Shown here: one piece after another, positions 53,300 to 64,000 of the stretch | How the letters are laid out: each line of letters begins with the position of its first letter | How positions within the stretch are numbered: position 1 is the first letter of the stretch | Source of the DNA: Ostrea edulis | Lineage: Eukaryota | Assembly (NCBI RefSeq): GCF_947568905.1 | Contig: NC_079167.1 | Coordinates: 76,074,001 to 76,138,000 of the forward strand | Direction of reading: 5' to 3' | Length of the DNA: 64,000 nt | Program-made: the position numbers and the translations under genes | Notes under the pieces: generated by a model | What the model saw: only the letters and a program-made list of their open reading frames with translations | Told to the model about the DNA's origin: nothing | The model's database searches: none

Positions 53300-54465
53300 A
53301 GGACTTTATGGCTTTTTTTTTTTTTTTTAGCATTGCTTAGTTGCCAACTCTTTTGTATCTAAAGGTAAATTATTCTAATCCTTGATGACATCGTAAAGAT
53401 AGAAGATTCTTTGCCTTTTATCTTCGGTATGATAAAATGTTTGTTGGTAGCACTTCTAGTATTATTATTGTTGAGAACAAATTCAACACCTCTCATTAAA
53501 TACATAGTTCAATCTTAATTGGTTCCGTGGGGATCCGGGTTGGAATTGGTCTTCGGTACACCTTAATTGCTTGTCGTAAGAAGCGACTAAATGGGGCGGT
53601 CCTTCGGATGAGACCGTAAAAACGGAAGCCCCGTGTCATAGCAGGTGTGGCACGATAAAGATCCCTCCCTGCTCAAAGGTCGTACAAGTGCCGAGCATAG
53701 GCCTAAAATTTACAGCCCTTCACCGACACTGGGGAATATTGTCGAGAGGGACGTTAAACAATATCCAATCAATCTTAATTGAGTGTCATCCACTCTTAAC
53801 ATGCCCATAGAATCTAGAATGTCACAAGAAATGCTGGCTCTAGGACTACCTAGATTTACAATAAATCTAACAACTTTGTTTTAGGTTACTTGCAATTTTT
53901 GTTTAAGTTGTTTGACAATACCCAAACCAAGATGAACATGCATAATCAAAATAGCATTGTATTAACGCAAAGCATAAGGTCTTTCTTGACTGTAAATTTC
54001 GGCAAAATACATTTCTGTATAAAAAAAGAGTCTAGCATTTACCTTTCGTATGATGCTTGAAACAATACTTTCACATGAGTGTAACTATCTATACAACATA
54101 TACCTAATTATTTAACACTATGAGATCCTTTGATTTCATGACCATTGTTTAGAATTTTAAAACTTGTAACATTTTGCAGTTTTTGGCGTGGTCCAAATGA
54201 AATAAAATGATTACTGTTTTACCAAGAAAAAGAGACAGTTTATTATCTACAAGCCAGGAAGAACAATTTTCCACACATTTCCTAGTTAATGTGCAGTGGC
54301 ACCAGAATCTCTATAAACATAACAAACACCACTATCGTCGGCATATAAAATCAACTTACAATCTTTGTCAATACTTAAAGACATATCATTGACATGAATT
54401 AAGAATAGAAGGGGACCCAAAATAATCCCCTGAGACACTCCACAATCTATCGAGTTAAAATTAGA
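53300..54465 (-). mobile_element. Decayed LINE RT fragment (CR1/L2-like)
   Basis: CGVSQGIILGPLLFLIHVNDM..KLILYADDS..WLVDNKLSL..GKT motifs with stops and frameshifts. Confidence 0.85.
53522..53769 (+). mobile_element. SINE (ATCCCGTGGGG family) with 12-bp TSD
   Basis: CAATCTTAATTG at 53510-53521 and 53770-53781. Confidence 0.9.
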
Positions 54466-54484
54466 TGCTTTTTTTTTTTTTTAG

Positions 54485-54885
54485 ATAATCAGTTTTTAAA
54501 TCGAGGCAAGCTACCGACAAGCAAGTTGATGGTACAGGGGTTTCAACAGTCTCGATTGAAGTCAGCATTTCGCAAATTCTATGGTCGTTATAACGATCTA
54601 GTTCGTCAGTACAGCCTATCATTGGGTCAAATGCTGTCTGACGTGTTTCATACCGATTGCTAGGCCGTTCTTGGCACACTGATTATAACTACGGATAACT
54701 CCGTTTACCTGATCAAGATATAGGGTTCACGGCGGGTGTGACCGGTCGACAGGGGATGTTTACTCCTCCTAGGCACCTAATCCCACCTCTGGTGTGTCCA
54801 GGGGCCCGTGTTTGCCCAACTATCTACTTTGTATTGCTTATAGTAGTTGTGAGATTGATCACTGTTCGTTATCGTCACCTTTCAT
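54485..54885 (+). mobile_element. Penelope-like 3' fragment
   Basis: SAFRKFYGRYNDLV-coding region and the shared 3' end TCACCTTTCAT. Confidence 0.85.
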
Positions 54886-56165
54886 CCAATAAATGAGAGT
54901 CATGTTTTCCATGTATGCATTCTTCCATAAAAGAGGGTGGTAAACTTACAGGGAAATAGCCATAATCATGGTATCCTTTCAACAGGATTCTTGCCACAGA
55001 TTTCCATTCTTCATCTTGCATATCGTATCTTGTTATAGGTATTGTGAATGTATACCCTGTGGTGCACTCTTCATAGAATTCTGACCAAAATTCGCTGAAC
55101 ACATCCCTAATCATCCCAATTCCATCACCAGCTTCGAAATCCAAAGTTTTCTGCTGAGCAGCTCTTTTAACAACTACATGTATGTAATCATTCAAGATCT
55201 CTGCATCCATGAAATTGTTCATCAAATCTTTCAAAATGTTGCCTTCATGAACAATAACTGATCTAACATTTTGTTTTTCTGTAGAATCTGTAGTTGGTCT
55301 AGTTGGAATTTCTATTCTGGGTAAGCTATCAAAAGGAATTGCAGATGTCTCTCCCAGTTGTGGTATTGTTACAAATGTATCTTCAGTAGGAAGAGATATT
55401 GTGTTATTGAGAGATATCACGTCTGGTGGAAATGGTCCAAACTGAACAATTCCGGAGGAATCATCTAAGCTTGGATTTGGCAAACTTTCTACATTTGAAA
55501 GAATACCTGCTTCCTCCGCAGCAACTTCAAGTATGTGTTGGGTCTTTTGGGGGGTTGATACCAAATAGACTCTGATAATTCCAGACTTGTATGATAATTC
55601 CAGACTTGTATGATAATTCCAAACTTGTATGATAATTCCAAACTTGTATGAGTCATACATGTCACCTATACTAATACTTGCTTGAATGGGAGATTCTGCA
55701 AAATCCCAAATGATCAAAGTCAAAGTCATCCTTTCGGAGAAAACCCATTCTTGAAAAAAAAAAGGGTTTAGCACTTCTCTTGTATTATCTTCTTTTGTTG
55801 CCATCCTGTGCATTGAAATTTTTCTAGTCCCCCCTCCCTGTTTTAGGCCTACTTGTTTGCAATCATCTTCTTCCTTTACAATCCAACCAATGTTGCATTT
55901 TCATTCCCAAGTAGATTTCTTTTCCTTGATTTTTGAGATTTTTTAAAGTCAGCACTGTCAGAGTCTGAATCGTCCGATTTTCCCCCTCCATATCTTGTCG
56001 GTACCTTTTTTTGTAAACGTTCCAATAAAGTTTGCTTTCTTTTTGATAAATCTTGTGATGGAGGTTTCATGAAATTCCTAAGAGCTAGCCTGTCCCCATG
56101 GGCAGGACTATATCTTTTCAATTCTTCATCAGCTATAGCCTTCAAAACATCTCTGTATTTACAAA
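54886..56165 (-). pseudogene. G2E3-like HECT-domain gene remnant
   Basis: EAGDGIGMIRDVFSEFWSEFYEECTTG..WKSVARILLKGY..YFP. The upstream ORF (DEELKRYSPAHGDRLAL..LLGNENA) joins via a frameshift at ~55885 (GW..KQ..GGGTRK). Truncated at the Penelope-like copy. Confidence 0.65.
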
Positions 56166-56639
56166 GTTTTAACATCTCTGTCAATCTACAAAGTTTAAAC
56201 ATCTCTGTCAATCTATAAAGTTTTAACATCTCTGTCAATCTACAAAGTTTTAACATCTCTGTCAATCTATAAAGTTTAAACATCTCTGTCAATCTATAAA
56301 GTTTAAACATCTCTGTCAATCTACAAAGTTTTAACATCTCTGTCAATCTATAAAGTTTTAACATCTCTGTCAATCTACAAAGTTTTAACATCTCTGTCAA
56401 TCTATAAAGTTTAAACATCTCTGTCAATCTACAAAGTTTTAACATCTCTGTCAATCTACAAAGTTTTAACATCTTTGTCAATCTACAAAGTTTTAACATC
56501 TCTGTCAATCTATAAAGTTTGTCAATCTACAAAGTTTTAACATCTCTGTCAATCTATAAAGTTTGTCAATCTACAAAGTTTTAACAGCTCTGTCAGTCTA
56601 CAAAGTTTAACATCTCCGTCAATCTACAAAGTTTTAACA
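56161..56639. repeat. 27-bp tandem repeat (ACAAAGTTTTAACATCTCTGTCAATCT)
   Basis: About 17 units, some shortened; produces the LTEMLKLCR ORF. Confidence 0.95.
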
Positions 56640-56834
56640 TTATACCTCTATATTGGATTGATTAGTAAGACAAGTAACGTAGTGACAGTTCTACTCCTTC
56701 CTATATAAAACTAATGCAATTTAGAACCATCATTTCAACTATTGAATCAATTTTCACACTCACATAAATGAATACACACATTTTAGTGAGAGAGCTTCAG
56801 GGACAGCATAATCACGCCTTTAGTTTTTTCTTAA

Positions 56835-57165
56835 ATATCATGGAGTAGAAAATTTTTCCAAGATCTAATACATTTTCACCATATGCCCATATAGGCCCTT
56901 CCCTAGGGCCTGAACCTCCGACACAGAGGCCATGTATTTCACAATTTCGGTAGAGGCACCCTTGCTCTTTATAACCATGTACTCAGTTTATCTGCTAGAC
57001 CCCAGGAGTAGAGAGGAAAATTCTTAAAGATTGTTTCAATTTTTACAGTTTTTGCCCTAAATTCATGGCCTCTGGGGATATTGGGATCATGAATTTCACA
57101 ATTCACTTTCCCCTTCCCCTACATATGCTACACTAAATTTAGTCAAAATTGGCCAAGTAGTTAAA
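56835..57165 (+). repeat. Cg170-like satellite monomers (oyster HINE core), about 1.7 copies
   Basis: Resembles the recalled ~166-bp oyster HindIII repeat (CATG..TTTCACAATTTCGGTAGAGG..CTCAGTTTATCTG..GGAGTAGAG). Confidence 0.55.
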
Positions 57166-57169
57166 TAAA

Positions 57170-57910
57170 TATGAAGATATCATCAATACATTTGATGCAC
57201 ACCACAATCTAATTAAAGATATCTTCAAATAATTAATGATATCTTCAATTCTAAATTATTGCGTGCATTAATTGAATTGACGATAGCATTAATTCTTCAG
57301 CTGAATTGATGCGCACTTCAATTGAATTAATGATCTCTTCAAATGAATTAATGATATCAACAATTGATATAATTGATATTGTTGAGAGCAACAGTGGATA
57401 TAATGCGCGCATTAAATCAATTGATGAGAGCAATAATTGAATTGATGTGCGCATTAATTCATTTGATGAGAGCAATAATTGATTTGATGCGTGTATTAAT
57501 TCAATTATTGCTCTCTTCAATTGAATTAATGATATCTTTAATTCATTTGAAGAGAGCAATAATTCTTTTAGAGAGAGCAACTATATAATTAAAGATATCT
57601 TTAATTCAACATATCCACAATTGAATTAATGATCTCTTTAATGGAATTGTTGCTCTCTTTAAAAAAATTGATGCGCGCATTAATTCCCTATACAAAAGCA
57701 TTGTAAATAATCAAAGATATTTTCAATTGAATTAAAGAGATCATCAAATTATTTATACCGAGCTCTAAATTGATTATTGTGAGCAATATTTCTACGAAAC
57801 TGCATGAAGCTCTCATCAATTGAATTGAAGAGAGCAATATAATTGAATTAATGTGCACATCAAATATATTATTGCTCTCATTAATTCAATACGGGATATC
57901 GGAACTATAA
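57170..57910. repeat. Modular bidirectional low-complexity repeat
   Basis: GAGAGCAA, GATGCGCGCATTAA and AATTGAATTAATGATCTC modules occur in both orientations. Confidence 0.8.
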
Positions 57911-58075
57911 AAAGTTTGGAGCTCTTCAGAAAAAGAAGTTACGAAAATGATGCGTCACTTAGGCAACTCTTGCACATACAAATTAGTGATGCTAAAGACG
58001 ACTCATTTTTCATACAAAAATATCTGTTGATTTGAAGATTATTTTTTTTTCAAAATGTCGCTAGTGAGTACCCTA

Positions 58076-58158
58076 GTACTTACTTACTTAATCCTCTTCG
58101 TACTAGGAAGCACATAAGGCCTTCACTGAGGATCACCAAGTTCCTCAGTGTTGGTTTC
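58076..58158 (-). mobile_element. 83-bp 5'-truncated RTE-like LINE end with 20-bp TSD
   Basis: TGTCGCTAGTGAGTACCCTA at 58056-58075 and 58159-58178; minus-strand tail GAAGAGGATTAAGTAAGTAAG. Confidence 0.75.
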
Positions 58159-58390
58159 TGTCGCTAGTGAGTACCCTAATACCAAAAACAAAAGTTCTTA
58201 ATTTAAATTCCTGATGGTTGGTAGCAGAGACAAAACAGAAAATTCACAGTACCGTTTATTTTCTCCATTGTATGTAAATATTTACTTAGCGAGATTTTCT
58301 CGAGTCATTATAACAAACGACTGCAGTCAAATGATACAGATTTTTGATGAATAAAAAAATAATCACAATTAATGCATCAATCTCCAGACA

Positions 58391-59038
58391 TGCACGCTAG
58401 TGAAATGCAAGGTTGAAATAAAGGACACAACAGAGTCGCCCACTTCTGCTTCATACTTAGATATTTTATTGAAAGTAGACATTAACGGCAAACTAACAAT
58501 TCAACTGTATGACAAACGGGATGATTTCAGCTTCTCCATCGTCAACTTCCCACATTTATGTAGCAATATTCCATTATCACCTGCATATGGTGTTTATATA
58601 TCTCAACTGATTCGATATGCAAGAGCTTGTTCTGGGTATAGTCAGTTTTTAAATCGAGGTAAGCTACTGACAAACAAGTTGATGGTACAGGGATTTCAAC
58701 AGTCTCGATTGAAGTCAGCATTTCGCAAATTCTATGGTCGTTATAACGATCTAGTTCGTCAATACAACCTCGCATTGGGTTAAATGCTGTCTGACGTGTT
58801 TCATACTGATTGTTAAGCCGTTCTTGGCATATTGATTTTGACTGCGGATAACTCCGTTTACCTGATCAGGATATGGGGCTCACGGCGGGTGTGACCGGTC
58901 AACAGGGGATGCTTACTCCTCCTAGGCACCTGATCCCACCTCTGGTGTGTCCAGGGGTCCGTGTTTGCCCAACTATCTATTTTGTATTGCTTGTAGGAGT
59001 TATGAGATTGATCACTGTTCGTTATCTTCACCTTGCAT
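58391..59038 (+). mobile_element. Penelope-like element RT thumb and 3' UTR (longest copy)
   Basis: EIKDTTES..ASYLD..LYDKRDDFSFSIVNFP..AYGVYISQLIRYARA..FRKFYGRY; premature TAA at 58781. Confidence 0.8.
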
Positions 59039-59382
59039 AGCATACTTCATAAAATTTTATGTTACTTCAACTAATACAGTAAATAAAGTAGTATAATTCA
59101 TAAAATGTTACAGTATATTAACTAGTACATTTGATAAAGTAGTATAGTTCATTAAATCTCATATTACATCACCTAGTACATAAAATGAAGTAGTACAGTT
59201 AATGAAGTATTACGTTACATTAATTGGTACAGTAAATAAATTAGAATTGTGTTCATTAGATACTATGTTACATTGAATTGTACACTAAATACAATAGTAT
59301 AGATCATAAGATATTACGTTACATTAAATAACACAGTAAATAAAATGGTATAGGGCATAGGATATGACTTTACATTATATAG

Positions 59383-59471
59383 TCCAGGGGTCCGTGTTTG
59401 CCCAACTATCTATTTTGTATTGCTTGTAGGAGTTATGAGATTGATCACTGTTCGTTATCTTCACCTTGCAT
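59383..59471 (+). mobile_element. Penelope-like extreme 3' end
   Basis: Matches 58950-59038. Confidence 0.85.
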
Positions 59472-59910
59472 AATACAGCAAATAGAATAGTGTAGACCAT
59501 AAGATATTACGTTACATTAAATTGTACGATAAATAAATATAATAGTTCATAGGATAGTACCTTTTATTAAATTGTACAGTAAATAAAGTAGTAAAATTCA
59601 TTAGATATTACTTTACATCATATGGTAGAGTAAATAGACTAGTAGAGTTCATACGATGTACCATTACACAATATAATATACTTATTAGAATAGGAGAGTT
59701 TTACAAAATATTAATTTTCATCAAATAGTAAAGTAAAGAAAATAGTATAGTTCATAAGATATTACGTTACATTAAATAGTACAGTAAATAAAATCATGAA
59801 ACAAGTAGTATGGGAAATACAAAGGTATAGTTTAGAAATTATTAAGTTAGATATTAACTAATGCAGTAAATAAAACAGGATAGTTAATGTAATAAAATGT
59901 TAAATGAAAG

Positions 59911-59982
59911 CCCCCGTGGGGACCCGGGTTAGAATAGATCCTCAGTTTCCCTTGCTTGTTGTAAGAGGCGACTAACTGGGGC
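59911..59982 (+). mobile_element. SINE 5' module only
   Basis: CCCCGTGGGG...GGCGACTAACTGGGGC. Confidence 0.8.
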
Positions 59983-61830
59983 TATATGATTAAAATATTT
60001 TGCGAAATTAATTACAAGAGTAAGTAAAATAGAACAGCAAGTAGAATAGATAGAATAGTACAGTAAATGAAACGTTATAGTTGATGTAAAAGGACATTAA
60101 ATGAACGGGTACAGGAAATGGAATATTTGAAGTTGTAAATAAAGTGGTACAGTAATCGAATTAGGTATAAAGTGCAGGTTATAAAAGAGTGTAGTTAATT
60201 AAAAACCATGGTCCATTCATCAATATGGCGCAAGGATTGTACAGTAAATGAAATAGGTGTAATAGTACAGTCAAATAAATAATACGGTATATGAAATAGT
60301 ACAAAATGTGAAATAGTGATGTATAGTAAAGGAAATAAGAAAAATGGGACAGTAATAGAAATAGGAAAAATAGGACAGTGAGAGAAATGGGAATATTAAG
60401 ACAGTAAATTAAGTAGGGAAAATAGGACAGCGTATGAAATAAGGAAAATTGGATAGTAATTCAAATAAAAAAAATTGGACAGTGATCAAAATAGCAAAAA
60501 TAGAACAGTTATTGAAATAGGAAAAATAGGAGAGTCTAAAATTGAACAAAAAATGAAATAAAAGATTAGACCAGAAATAAAATAGGAAAATTGGCGCAGT
60601 GAAGTACGAAAAACAGGGCAATAAGTGAAATTGGCAAAATAGGAACGTAAATAAAATAGTAAAACATGACAGTTAATGAAATAGGCAAAATAGGAGAGAA
60701 AATGAAATAGCAATATAGGAGGGTCAATGAAATAGGCAAAATAGGACAGTAAGAGATATAGGAAAAGTAAGACAGTAAATGAAGTAGATAAGATAGGACA
60801 TCAAAGGATAATGGGAAAGTAGTGCAGTAAATGAAAAGGGAAAATAGGATAATAATTAAAATAGGACAGTAAATGAAATAGTAAGATAGGGCAGCAAGTG
60901 AAAGAAGAAAAATAATAAAGTAAATGAAATAGAAAAATTAGGATATTGATTTGATTACATGTATGAGAAATGGGGCATTCAACGAAATAGGAAAATTAAG
61001 AGACTAAATGAAATAGGAAAAGTAAGAGAATCAACTATGATAAAATAGGACAGTAACTGAGATAGGGAAAATATAGCAATAAATGAAATCGGAGAAACAG
61101 GAAATTTATGAAATAGCAAAATAGAGCAGTAAATGAAATAGCAAAATAGGAGTGTAAATAAAATAAGGAAAATAGGACAGTAAATAGATTAGGAAAAATA
61201 GGACCTTGATAGGACAGGGGAAAATTAAAATAGTAAAATAGGGTATTAAATGAAAGAGGAACAATAGGAAATTAAATGAAATACGAAACCTACTGCATTC
61301 ATTTATTTAGGAAAAATGACATTTCCTAAAATGAAATAAAAGACGGGAGAATAATAAAGATGACAGAAATAGGAAAATAAATGAAATAACGAAGTAGATT
61401 GGTGAATGAAATAAGAAAAATAGGACAGTATATGGGATAGGAGAAATAAGATAATAGATGGAATAGCAAGAATATTAGCATAAAAAATAACCGAAATATG
61501 GCAGTAAATGAAATAGGAAAGATATGGTAATAATGAAAATGGAATGAGTAGACCAATGACGACATAAAATGAAATAGGAAATATAGATCAATAATTAAAG
61601 TAGGAAAGAGAGGACAGTAAATTAAATAGGAAAGACAAGATAGTAATTAAGGTAGGAAAAATGGGGTTAGTAATTAAAATAGAGAATAAAGGATACTAAA
61701 TGAAATAGGAAAGATAGGACAGCATTTGGAATAGAAAATAGATAGCACGTAAACATAATAAGGAAAAATAAGAATTTCACTGAAATTGAGAGAATCTGAT
61801 AGTAATTGAAATAGGAAGGATAGGTACTTA

Positions 61831-62408
61831 AATATCTTATTGAAAGTATATATTAACGGCAAACTAACAAATCAACTTTATGACAAACGGGATGATTTCA
61901 ACTTCTTAATCGTCAACTTCACATATTTATGTAGCAATATTCCATTATCACCCGAATATGGTGTTTATATATCTCAACTGATTCGATACGCAAGAGCTCG
62001 TTCTACGTATGGCAGTTTTTGAATAGAGGCAAGCTACTGACAAACAAGTTGATGGTACAGGGGTTCAAACAGTCTCGTTAGAAATCAGCATTTCGCAAAT
62101 TCTATGGTCGTTATAACGATCTAGTTTGCCAATACAACCTATCATTAGGTCAGATGCTGTCTGACTTGTTTCATTCCGATTGTAAAGCCGTTCTTGGCAC
62201 ACTGATTTTGACAACGGATAACTCCGTTAATCTGATCAAGATATATTGTTCACTGCGGGTGTGACTGGTCGAAAGTTGATGCTTACTCCTCCTAGGCACA
62301 TTGTCCCACCTCTGGTATATCCAGGGATTCGTGTTTGCTCAACTCTCTATTTTGCATTGCTTATAGAAATTATGGGATTGATCACTTTTCGTTATCTTGA
62401 CCTTTCAT
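61831..62408 (+). mobile_element. Penelope-like RT thumb and 3' UTR
   Basis: NGKLTNQLYDKRDDFNF..ISQLIRYARA; shared 3' end. Confidence 0.85.
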
Positions 62409-63246
62409 AGGATAGTAAGGAAAGTAGGAAAAATAGGACAGTAAGCTATATAGGGAAAATGGGATAGTAATTGAAGAAAGAAAGATAGTACAGTAAATGA
62501 AATAGGGAAAATACGACATCAAATGAAATAAGGAAAAATAAGATAATTGAAATAAGAAAAATACGATAATAACTGCATTGGGGAAAATAAAGGACAGTAA
62601 TTGAAGGAGAAACGATAGTATAGTATTTAAAGTAGGAGAAATAAAACAGTAAATCAAATATGAAACGTAGGACAGTAAACGAAATAAGGAGAAATAGGAC
62701 AGTAATTGAATTCGGAAAATAGGATATTAATTGAAATAGGAAAGATAGGACAGGAATTGAAGTAGGAAAAATAGGACTGTAAATGAAATAGGAAAAACAG
62801 GACATTCAACAAAATAGGAAACATATGACATTAAACGAAATAGGAAAGACAGTTCAATAATTGAAGTAGGACAGTGAATGAAATAGGAAAAATGGTATAG
62901 TAAATGAAAAAGGACAAAATACGAAATAAAAAAAGGAAATTAATTGGAGTGGGAAAATAGGACAGTAAACGAAATATAGAAAATAGGACAGTAATGGAAA
63001 TAGGAAAGATGGGACAATCAAGAAATAGGAAAATAGGATAATAAACGAAATAGTAATGGAAGAAGGAAAGGTAGGGCTTTGAATGAAATACGACAGTGAA
63101 TCAAATAAGAAATACGACAGCAATACAGATTGGAAAAATGTTATGGTAAATGAAATTGGAAAATCAATAGAATAAATGAAATTACACATAGAGGACAGTA
63201 CAGTAAATGAATAGTACAGTTAATGAAATAGTACGGTAAATGAAAG

Positions 63247-63318
63247 ATCCCGTGGGGATCCGGGTTAGAATAAATCCTCAGTACCCCTTGCTTGTCGTCA
63301 GAGGCGACTAAATGGGGC
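63247..63318 (+). mobile_element. SINE 5' module only
   Basis: ATCCCGTGGGGATCCGGG...GGCGACTAAATGGGGC. Confidence 0.8.
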
Positions 63319-63795
63319 TATAACATAGTGAGATAATTAGTACAGTAGATAAAAATGATACTGGGATAAGGGGATATAATTAGGAACAGGAGAGTGATAT
63401 ATTTGTACAATGAAAATTGTCTTGAATACTAGACTTAAAAACGGTGTGTGAGAACAATTGTTGTGAGTTGCAGAATTTAAGTCTGTGTTTTTTAAACTAT
63501 GAAGGTATTGCCTTTCTGTTGTAGTAAACTAAATAAAGTGAGATATCATGTTACATTAACCAGTACATTGAATAAAATAGTATGATTTACAAAATGTTAC
63601 GTTACATCAAATAATCCAGTAAATAAATGATATAGTTCTTATGATGTTATGTTACAACAAATAGTACAGTAAATAAAAAAAAGTATTGTTCATAAATTAT
63701 TACGTTACATCAAATAGTACAGTAATTACATTAGTACTTTCAAGTAGTATAGTAAATTAAGTAGGTTAGTTCATAAGAAATTACATTATATCAAA

Positions 63796-63971
63796 CTGAT
63801 CAGGATATGGGGCTCACGGCGGGTGTGGCCGGTCAACAGTGGATGCTTACTCCCCCTAGGCACCTGATCCCACCTCTGGTGTGTCCAGGGGTCCGTGTTT
63901 GCCCAACTATCTATTTTGTATTGCTTATAAGAGTTATGAGATTAATCACTGTTCGTTATCTTCACCTTGCA
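63796..63971 (+). mobile_element. Penelope-like 3' UTR
   Basis: Matches 58862-59037. Confidence 0.85.
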
Positions 63972-64000
63972 CTAGTATCGATCTGAAAATTTTACTTTAC

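Larger units (their letters stand above)
59040..63790. repeat. Degenerate AT-rich satellite field (~45-bp type A at the ends, AAATAGGAAAAATAGGACAGTAAATG type B in the centre)
   Basis: Type A at 59040-59800 and 63530-63790; purine-rich type B at ~60200-63230. Interrupted by TE fragments. Confidence 0.85.

Noticed and set aside
55876-56508. 210-aa ORF with LTEMLKLCR repeats as a repeat protein
   Set aside because: The repeat part comes from a 27-bp tandem array with shortened units; only the last ~95 aa belong to the HECT-like relic.
57251-57588. Leucine-rich or coiled-coil-like ORFs on both strands
   Set aside because: Translation of a low-complexity bidirectional repeat.
60409-63189. Phe/Tyr/Ser-rich minus-strand ORFs resembling membrane proteins
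   Set aside because: Artefacts of the purine-rich satellite.
63247-63318. SINE 5' module as a complete HDV-like ribozyme
   Set aside because: P4, J4/2 and L3-like motifs are present, but no consistent P1 and P2 pairing could be built, so it is not called as an ncRNA feature.

Overview
AT-rich animal genomic DNA, most likely an oyster-type bivalve (inferred from recalled repeat families: a Cg170-like monomer, Penelope-like and SINE families). 1-29225: about 2.1 units of a ~14.1-14.3 kb tandem histone quintet, H4(+) H2B(-) H2A(+) H1(+) H3(+). The array is decaying. Both H2B copies, one H2A and one H3 are disrupted, the other H2A has lost its stop codon, one H1 has lost its stem-loop, and all three H4 copies are intact. 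The spacers carry unit-specific insertions: a MULE-like element, a Kolobok-like element, and LINE 3' ends plus one LINE RT. 29226-64000: TE-dense DNA with an Academ-like element nested in a Helentron/HINE-type 147-bp array, many Penelope-like 3' ends, SINEs, LTR remnants, a HECT-like pseudogene and satellites. The one intact non-histone gene is an intronless 712-aa somatomedin-B-domain family-2 GPCR (43120-45258). It is bracketed by two same-strand minimal type I hammerhead ribozymes (42337-42380, 46146-46189), and the second lies before the first canonical poly(A) signal of the gene. No CRISPR array, rRNA or true tRNA gene was seen. Family names for TEs come from recalled motifs, not database searches.
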